From Escherichia coli (GTDB taxonomy: Bacteria; Pseudomonadota; Gammaproteobacteria; Enterobacterales; Enterobacteriaceae), in the NCBI RefSeq assembly GCF_016903815.1, contig NZ_CP069973.1: a DNA stretch of 64,000 nt; one strand, given 5' to 3'. The position numbers were made by a program, and so were the translations under genes. The notes below the pieces were generated by a model. It did no database searches, was not told where the DNA came from, and saw nothing but the letters and a program-made list of their open reading frames with translations. This document shows, one piece after another, positions 58,177 to 64,000 of the stretch. Each line of letters opens with the position of its first letter. The first letter of the stretch is position 1.

Positions 58177-58458
58177 ATGACAGCAGAAGAAAAAAGCGTC
58201 CTGTCGCTTTTCATGATTGGGGTGCTGATTGTTGTCGGCAAGGTGCTTGCCGGTGGTGAACCTATCACCCCGCGTCTGTTTATCGGGCGCATGTTGCTCG
58301 GTGGTTTTGTCTCGATGGTTGCCGGTGTTGTTCTGGTGCAGTTTCCTGACCTGTCACTGCCTGCGGTGTGCGGCATCGGCTCCATGCTGGGTATCGCCGG
58401 TTATCAGGTGATTGAGATTGCCATTCAGCGCCGTTTTAAGGGCAGGGGGAAACCGTAA
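58177..58458 (+). CDS. Y: P2 holin gpY
   Basis: 93-aa membrane protein MTAEEKSVLSLFMIGVLIVVGKVLAGG; directly upstream of the endolysin. Confidence 0.88.
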   Translation: MTAEEKSVLSLFMIGVLIVVGKVLAGGEPITPRLFIGRMLLGGFVSMVAGVVLVQFPDLSLPAVCGIGSMLGIAGYQVIEIAIQRRFKGRGKP

Positions 58459-58955
58459 TGCCGGTAATTAACACGCATCAGAATATCGCCGCCTTTCTCG
58501 ACATGCTGGCCGTGTCCGAAGGGACGGCGAATCATCCGCTGACGAAAAACCGGGGCTATGACGTGATAGTCACCGGACTGGACGGAAAGCCGGAAATTTT
58601 CACCGACTACAGTGACCACCCGTTCGCGCATGGCCGACCGGCGAAGGTGTTTAACCGTCGCGGTGAAAAATCCACGGCCTCCGGTCGCTATCAGCAGCTT
58701 TACCTGTTCTGGCCGCACTACCGCAAACAGCTTGCCCTGCCGGATTTCAGTCCGTTGTCACAGGACAGGCTCGCCATTCAGTTGATCCGCGAACGCGGTG
58801 CACTGGATGACATCCGGGCGGGACGCATTGAGCGCGCCATTTCACGCTGTCGCAATATCTGGGCGTCCCTGCCGGGTGCCGGTTACGGTCAGCGTGAGCA
58901 TTCACTGGAAAAACTGGTCACCGTCTGGCGTACCGCCGGCGGCGTACCGGCTTAA
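58458..58955 (+). CDS. K: P2 endolysin gpK (lysozyme)
   Basis: 165 aa MPVINTHQNIAAFLDMLAVSEGTANHPLTKNRGYDVIVTG. Confidence 0.9.
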   Translation: MPVINTHQNIAAFLDMLAVSEGTANHPLTKNRGYDVIVTGLDGKPEIFTDYSDHPFAHGRPAKVFNRRGEKSTASGRYQQLYLFWPHYRKQLALPDFSPLSQDRLAIQLIRERGALDDIRAGRIERAISRCRNIWASLPGAGYGQREHSLEKLVTVWRTAGGVPA

Positions 58956-58969
58956 ACGGAGTAAACACC

Positions 58970-59395
58970 ATGAAGAAATTATCCCTTTCACTGATGCTGA
59001 ACGTGTCGCTGGCGCTGATGCTGGCACTGTCCCTGATTTACCCGCAGAGCGTGGCCGTCAGTTTTGTCGCCACCTGGGCGATTCTGGCGACGGTTATCTG
59101 TGTGGTTGCCGGTGGTGTCGGCGTGTATGCCACGGAGTATGTGCTGGAACGCTACGGGCGGGAGCTGCCGCCGGAATCGCTGGCCGTGAAGATTGTCACG
59201 TCGCTGTTTTTGCAGCCGGTGCCGTGGCGCAGACGGGCGGCGGCTCTGGTGGTGATGGTGGCGACGTTTATCTCGCTGGTCGCTGCCGGGTGGATTTTTA
59301 CCGCGCTGATTTATCTTGTGGCGTCGCTGTTTTTCCGGCTGATACGTAAAGCCTGTCGTCAGCGTCTTGAGGGGCGGGAACTATGTCAAAGCTGA
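58970..59395 (+). CDS. lysA: P2 LysA (lysis timing, membrane protein)
   Basis: 141-aa hydrophobic ORF after K. Confidence 0.85.
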   Translation: MKKLSLSLMLNVSLALMLALSLIYPQSVAVSFVATWAILATVICVVAGGVGVYATEYVLERYGRELPPESLAVKIVTSLFLQPVPWRRRAAALVVMVATFISLVAAGWIFTALIYLVASLFFRLIRKACRQRLEGRELCQS

Positions 59396-59808
59396 TGATT
59401 GTGCTGGTCGTGTTGTTATCGCTGGCGGTGGCCGGTCTGTTTCTGGTGAAACACAAAAATGCCAGCCTGCGCGCCTCGCTGGACAGGGCGAATAACGTCG
59501 CCAGTGAACAGCAGACGACCATCACCATGCTGAAAAATCAGCTTCATGTTGCCATCACCAGGGCAGACAAAAACGAGCTGGCGCAGGTGGCACTGCGTCA
59601 GGAACTGGAGAACGCCGCGAAGCGTGAAGCACAGCGCGAGAAAACCATCACGAGGTTACTCAATGAAAACGAAGATTTTCGCCGCTGGTACGGTGCTGAC
59701 CTGCCTGATGCTGTGCGCCGGTTGCACCAGCGCCCGGCCTGCGCAGACGCCAGTGATTGTCCACAACGCCTGCCCGAAAGTGAGTCTTTGCCCGATGCCG
59801 GGCAGTGA
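59383..59808 (+). CDS. lysB: P2 LysB (Rz-like spanin component)
   Basis: 141-aa ORF with N-terminal TM segment MSKLMIVLVVLLSLAVAGLFLV. Confidence 0.85.
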   Translation: MSKLMIVLVVLLSLAVAGLFLVKHKNASLRASLDRANNVASEQQTTITMLKNQLHVAITRADKNELAQVALRQELENAAKREAQREKTITRLLNENEDFRRWYGADLPDAVRRLHQRPACADASDCPQRLPESESLPDAGQ

Positions 59809-59953
59809 CCCGCAGAAGAACGGCGATTTAAGTGCCGATATCCGGCTGCTTGAGAACGCGCTGGCACGCTGTGCCAGCCAGGTAAAAATGATTAAACACT
59901 GTCAGGACGAAAACGATGCTCAAACCCGACAGCCTGCGCAGGGCGCTGACTGA
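59663..59953 (+). CDS. lysC: P2 LysC (Rz1-like lipoprotein, embedded/overlapping lysB in another frame)
   Basis: MKTKIFAAGTVLTCLMLCAGCTSARP: lipoprotein signal with lipobox LCAGC; starts inside lysB. Confidence 0.75.
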   Translation: MKTKIFAAGTVLTCLMLCAGCTSARPAQTPVIVHNACPKVSLCPMPGSDPQKNGDLSADIRLLENALARCASQVKMIKHCQDENDAQTRQPAQGAD

Positions 59954-60383
59954 TGCCGTCACGGTGCTGAAAACCAGTCCCGAGATGCTGCGGATATTCG
60001 TGGATAACGGGAGTATTGCCTCCACGCTGGCGACGTCGCTGTCATTCGAAAAGCGTTACACGCTCAATGTCATTGTGACCGACTTTACCGGTGATTTTGA
60101 CCTGCTCATCGTGCCGGTGCTGGCGTGGCTGCGGGAAAATCAGCCCGACATCATGACCACCGACGAAGGCCAGAAAAAGGGCTTCACGTTTTATGCGGAC
60201 ATCAACAATGACAGCAGCTTTGATATCAGCATCAGCCTGATGCTGACCGAGCGCACGCTGGTCAGTGAGGTGGACGGCGCACTGCATGTGAAGAATATCC
60301 CGGAACCTCCGCCGCCGGAGCCGGTCACTCGCCCGATGGAGCTTTATATCAATGGCGAACTGGTGAGCAAGTGGGATGAATGA
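59916..60383 (+). CDS. R: P2 tail completion protein gpR
   Basis: 155-aa ORF MLKPDSLRRALTDAVTVLKTSPEMLRIFVDNGSIAS. Confidence 0.88.
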   Translation: MLKPDSLRRALTDAVTVLKTSPEMLRIFVDNGSIASTLATSLSFEKRYTLNVIVTDFTGDFDLLIVPVLAWLRENQPDIMTTDEGQKKGFTFYADINNDSSFDISISLMLTERTLVSEVDGALHVKNIPEPPPPEPVTRPMELYINGELVSKWDE

Positions 60384-60828
60384 GTTTAAGCGTTTTGAAG
60401 ACCGGCTGACCGGGCTGATTGAATCACTGTCACCATCAGGGCGTCGGCGACTGAGCACCGAACTGGCGAAACATCTGCGGCAGAGTCAGCAGCGCCGGGT
60501 GATGGCACAGAAAGCCCCGGACGGCACACCCTACGCACCACGCCAGCAGCAGAGCGCCAGAAAAAAGACCGGTCGTGTTAAGCGAAAAATGTTTGCGAAA
60601 CTTATCACCAGTCGTTTTTTGCATATCCGCGCCAGCCCGGAACAGGCATCAATGGAGTTTTACGGCGGAAAGTCACCGAAAATCGCCAGTGTGCATCAGT
60701 TCGGTCTGTCGGAAGAAACCCGGAAAGACGGTAAGAAAATTGATTATCCGGCGCGTCCTCTGCTCGGCTTTACCGGTGAGGATGTGCAGATGATTGAAGA
60801 GATTATCCTGGCTCACCTTGAGCGTTAG
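60376..60828 (+). CDS. S: P2 tail completion protein gpS
   Basis: 150-aa ORF MNEFKRFEDRLTGLIESLSPSGRRRLSTELAKHLRQSQQRRV. Confidence 0.88.
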   Translation: MNEFKRFEDRLTGLIESLSPSGRRRLSTELAKHLRQSQQRRVMAQKAPDGTPYAPRQQQSARKKTGRVKRKMFAKLITSRFLHIRASPEQASMEFYGGKSPKIASVHQFGLSEETRKDGKKIDYPARPLLGFTGEDVQMIEEIILAHLER

Positions 60829-60858
60829 TTTTATCCAGGCAGAGGCTGATGCGCAATT

Positions 60859-60893
60859 AAACATTGAGCGGCCATGCTGGTCGCTCAATGTTT
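60859..60893. terminator. bidirectional hairpin between S and the antisense cargo gene
   Basis: aaacattgagcg-gccatgctggt-cgctcaatgttt: 12-bp perfect stem. Confidence 0.5.
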
Positions 60894-60899
60894 AGAGGT

Positions 60900-61685
60900 T
60901 TATGAGTGATTTTTATTTGATGCTTTGTATTCTAAAACCTTCTTATTGGCGTAAAAGAATTTTGTATATGACAGGAATATAACCAGACCTGAAGTGAAAT
61001 AGACGAGGGATAGTATTAATAATGCTTTTTTGTGACTGTTATTGTCTTTAATCTCCTGGCTTAACCATTCGGAGTCCTCCTCGTTTAACTGTAAGAGCTT
61101 ATTGCAGGCGATCTCAGGAAGTGTGTCTTTTATAAATACGTTTTGCAGTCTCTTGCAATCGGCAAGGCTATAAGTTTTATTAAATTCAACTGCTTTATTT
61201 TTGAAGGATAAAAGAACTTTGTCACTATAAACATAGTACATCATGTTTTTATATGGTATGCCTATGGCATCCCTTACTATAACGGATTGTTCGTTGTGTA
61301 TGTAACATGCGAGGAGAATGTAAAAAATACTGGCCAGAATTACAATTATTGTTTTAATTACGTGTGGTGGTTTTGTTATGTCACCCCAGATGCGAGTAAG
61401 GAAAAAATACGATGTTTTTAGTTTTCCATCAATCAGTCCCTGCTGTATCATTCTCACATTTTCAATGCCTGATACATTGATTCCGTTAATTATTTTAAAT
61501 AGTTGAATGTCGCGCCACTCGCGGTCAAGTCTTTTTAATTTTTTGTCTGAATATCCAAAATTGAGATAATGTGCAATAAGCCTCATAAGGTTACTTTTAC
61601 CAAAGCTAAAAAATGCTAATACTGCAAAGCTACAAAGGAAAAAAACGATTAGCCCCCACACATTAGTCACATTATAGCTGACCAT
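60900..61685 (-). CDS. AT-rich cargo (moron) gene encoding a 261-aa predicted membrane protein, function unknown
   Basis: Antisense to the late operon between S and V; hydrophobic segments near residues 9-28, 113-133 and 220-240; composition strongly AT-rich compared with flanking P2 genes. Confidence 0.65.
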   Translation of the reverse strand: MVSYNVTNVWGLIVFFLCSFAVLAFFSFGKSNLMRLIAHYLNFGYSDKKLKRLDREWRDIQLFKIINGINVSGIENVRMIQQGLIDGKLKTSYFFLTRIWGDITKPPHVIKTIIVILASIFYILLACYIHNEQSVIVRDAIGIPYKNMMYYVYSDKVLLSFKNKAVEFNKTYSLADCKRLQNVFIKDTLPEIACNKLLQLNEEDSEWLSQEIKDNNSHKKALLILSLVYFTSGLVIFLSYTKFFYANKKVLEYKASNKNHS

Positions 61686-61768
61686 TACGCTCTCCTTGAA
61701 TGTTGTCTGGTAGTTCTACAAATGAATCCAGATAGCATAACTTTTATATATTGTGCAATCTCACATGC

Positions 61769-62404
61769 ATGAACACTCTCGCAAATATTCAGGAACTCGC
61801 GCGCGCACTGCGCAACATGATTCGCACCGGCATTATCGTCGAAACCGACCTTAACGCCGGTCGCTGCCGTGTGCAGACCGGCGGCATGTGCACCGACTGG
61901 CTTCAGTGGCTGACCCATCGTGCCGGACGTTCACGCACATGGTGGGCACCTTCCGTGGGGGAACAGGTGCTGATTCTGGCCGTGGGCGGTGAACTCGACA
62001 CGGCGTTCGTTCTGCCGGGGATTTATTCCGGCGATAACCCTCCGCCGTCTGCGTCGGCGGATGCCCTGCACATACGTTTCCCTGACGGGGCGGTGATTGA
62101 ATATGAACCCGAAACCAGTGCACTCACGGTAAGCGGAATTAAAACGGCCAGCGTGACGGCTTCTGATTCTGTTACTGCCACGGTGCCGGTGGTCATGGTG
62201 AAAGCATCAACCCGCGTCACCCTGGACACCCCGGAGGTGGTCTGCACCAACAGGCTGATTACCGGCACGCTGGAAGTGCAGAAGGGCGGGACGATGCGCG
62301 GCAACATTGAACACACCGGCGGTGAACTCTCATCAAACGGTAAGGTACTGCATACCCATAAACACCCCGGCGACAGCGGCGGCACAACCGGGAGTCCTTT
62401 ATGA
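61769..62404 (+). CDS. V: P2 baseplate spike protein gpV
   Basis: 211 aa from MNTLANIQELARALRNMIRTGIIVETDLNAGRCRVQTGG. Confidence 0.9.
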   Translation: MNTLANIQELARALRNMIRTGIIVETDLNAGRCRVQTGGMCTDWLQWLTHRAGRSRTWWAPSVGEQVLILAVGGELDTAFVLPGIYSGDNPPPSASADALHIRFPDGAVIEYEPETSALTVSGIKTASVTASDSVTATVPVVMVKASTRVTLDTPEVVCTNRLITGTLEVQKGGTMRGNIEHTGGELSSNGKVLHTHKHPGDSGGTTGSPL

Positions 62405-62748
62405 CAGCGCGTTATCTCGGAATGAATCGCAGTGATGGCCTGACTGTCACTGACCTTGAGCATATCAGCCAGAGTATCGGCGATATCCTGCGCACACCGG
62501 TCGGCTCACGGGTGATGCGTCGTGATTACGGCTCGTTGCTGGCATCAATGATTGACCAGCCGCAGACCCCGGCGCTTGAGTTGCAGATTAAGGTCGCCTG
62601 TTACATGGCGGTGCTGAAATGGGAACCCCGCGTCACCCTGTCATCCGTCACCACTGAGCGCAGTTTTGACGGGCGAATGACGGTCACGTTAACCGGCCAG
62701 CACAACGACACCGGCCAGCCACTTTCATTAACCATCCCTGTGAGTTGA
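62401..62748 (+). CDS. W: P2 baseplate protein gpW
   Basis: 115-aa ORF; GPW/gp25 family position. Confidence 0.9.
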   Translation: MTARYLGMNRSDGLTVTDLEHISQSIGDILRTPVGSRVMRRDYGSLLASMIDQPQTPALELQIKVACYMAVLKWEPRVTLSSVTTERSFDGRMTVTLTGQHNDTGQPLSLTIPVS

Positions 62749-62752
62749 AACC

Positions 62753-63661
62753 ATGCCGATTATCGACCTGAACCAGCTACCCGCACCAGATGTGGTCGAG
62801 GAGCTGGACTTTGAAAGCATTCTCGCTGAACGCAAGGCGACACTGATTTCCCTTTACCCGGAAGATCAGCAGGAGGCGGTCGCCCGTACCCTGACACTGG
62901 AATCTGAGCCTCTCGTCAAACTGCTGGAAGAAAATGCTTATCGTGAGCTTATCTGGCGTCAGCGTGTGAATGAGGCCGCACGGGCGGTGATGCTGGCCTG
63001 TGCCGCCGGTAATGACCTTGATGTGATTGGTGCCAATTACAACACCACGCGCCTGACTATCACCCCGGCAGATGATTCGACCATTCCACCGACACCGGCA
63101 GTGATGGAATCTGACACCGATTATCGTCTGCGTATTCAGCAGGCTTTTGAGGGCTTAAGCGTCGCCGGGTCAGTGGGAGCCTATCAGTATCATGGTCGCA
63201 GTGCTGACGGGCGTGTCGCGGATATTTCTGTCACCAGTCCGTCTCCTGCCTGTGTCACCATCTCTGTGCTGTCACGTGAAAATAACGGCGTCGCATCCGA
63301 AGACCTGCTGGCTGTGGTGCGTAACGCCCTTAATGGCGAGGACGTCAGGCCGGTGGCCGACCGCGTGACCGTGCAGTCTGCCGCCATCGTTGAATACCAG
63401 ATAAACGCCACGCTTTACCTTTACCCTGGTCCCGAAAGCGAACCCATCCGCGCTGCCGCTGTGAAAAAGCTGGAAGCGTATATCACGGCACAGCACCGGC
63501 TGGGGCGCGACATCCGTCTGTCTGCCATTTATGCCGCTTTGCATGTGGAAGGTGTGCAGCGTGTCGAACTGGCTGCACCACTGGCCGACATCGTGCTCAA
63601 CAGTACGCAGGCGTCTTTCTGTACCGAATACCGCGTCGTGACCGGAGGCTCGGATGAGTGA
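62753..63661 (+). CDS. J: P2 baseplate protein gpJ
   Basis: 302-aa ORF MPIIDLNQLPAPDVVEELDFESILAERKATLISLYPEDQQ. Confidence 0.9.
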   Translation: MPIIDLNQLPAPDVVEELDFESILAERKATLISLYPEDQQEAVARTLTLESEPLVKLLEENAYRELIWRQRVNEAARAVMLACAAGNDLDVIGANYNTTRLTITPADDSTIPPTPAVMESDTDYRLRIQQAFEGLSVAGSVGAYQYHGRSADGRVADISVTSPSPACVTISVLSRENNGVASEDLLAVVRNALNGEDVRPVADRVTVQSAAIVEYQINATLYLYPGPESEPIRAAAVKKLEAYITAQHRLGRDIRLSAIYAALHVEGVQRVELAAPLADIVLNSTQASFCTEYRVVTGGSDE

Positions 63662-64000
63662 TTCGCGACTGCTGCCGACCGGCTCATCACCGCTTGAGGT
63701 CGCCGCCGCAAAAGCCTGTGCGGAAATTGAAAAAACGCCGGTCAGTATTCGTGAGCTGTGGAACCCGGACACCTGTCCGGCAAATCTGCTGCCGTGGCTG
63801 GCGTGGGCGTTTTCGGTCGACAGGTGGGATGAAAAGTGGCCGGAAGCGACAAAACGCGCCGTTATCCGCGATGCGTATTTCATCCACTGTCATAAAGGCA
63901 CAATAGGTGCAATCCGGCGTGTGGTGGAGCCGCTCGGCTATCTCATCAACGTGACGGAGTGGTGGGAAAACAGTGACCCGCCCGGCACCTTCCGGCTTGA
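63654..64000 (+). CDS. I: P2 baseplate protein gpI, 3' end truncated by window
   Basis: Frame from ATG at 63654 reads MSDSRLLPTGSSPLEVAAAKACAEIEKTPVSIRELWNPDTCPANLLPWLAWAF...; no stop before the window end. Confidence 0.85.
   Translation, partial: MSDSRLLPTGSSPLEVAAAKACAEIEKTPVSIRELWNPDTCPANLLPWLAWAFSVDRWDEKWPEATKRAVIRDAYFIHCHKGTIGAIRRVVEPLGYLINVTEWWENSDPPGTFRL

Larger units (their letters stand above)
41886..64000. mobile_element. P2-like (Peduovirus-type) prophage, left end adjacent to pflA, right end beyond the window
   Basis: Co-linear P2 gene order int-C-cox-B-orf80-83-A ... cos-Q-P-O-N-M-L-X-Y-K-lysABC-R-S-V-W-J-I, with several products matching P2 proteins as I recall them. Confidence 0.92.

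Overview
The window is an Escherichia coli-type chromosomal segment. Gene calls rest on reading the six-frame translations against protein families I recognise from memory; no database search was run. Positions 1-41885 carry a conserved core block in the order ltaE(partial)-poxB-hcr-hcp-lysO(ybjE)-aqpZ-ybjD-ybjX-macAB-cspD-clpSA-serW-infA-aat-cydCD-trxB-lrp-ftsK-lolA-rarA-serS-dmsABC-ycaC-ycaD-ycaM-pflA. From about 41886 to the window end there is a P2-like temperate prophage, truncated by the window. It starts with a tyrosine integrase 32 bp from the pflA start and runs int-C-cox-B-orf80..83-A, then a cargo island, then cos-Q-P-O-N-M-L-X-Y-K-lysABC-R-S, a second cargo gene, and V-W-J-I(partial). 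The most interesting content is the AT-rich cargo between replication gene A and cos, where P2 itself carries tin/old. It holds (i) a structured GC-rich candidate ncRNA, a 51-codon ORF, an XRE-type HTH protein and a retron-type reverse transcriptase with NAxxH, YVDD and VTG motifs, and (ii) a convergent 454-aa protein with FRG-domain-like motifs. I read both as candidate anti-phage modules. A third AT-rich cargo gene, a 261-aa predicted membrane protein, sits antisense between tail genes S and V. Outside the prophage, a tandem array of three ~179-bp units lies downstream of serW, each ending in a copy of the tRNA-Ser 3' end. The prophage junction appears to have changed the pflA start, and ycaN/ycaK are absent relative to my recollection of K-12.
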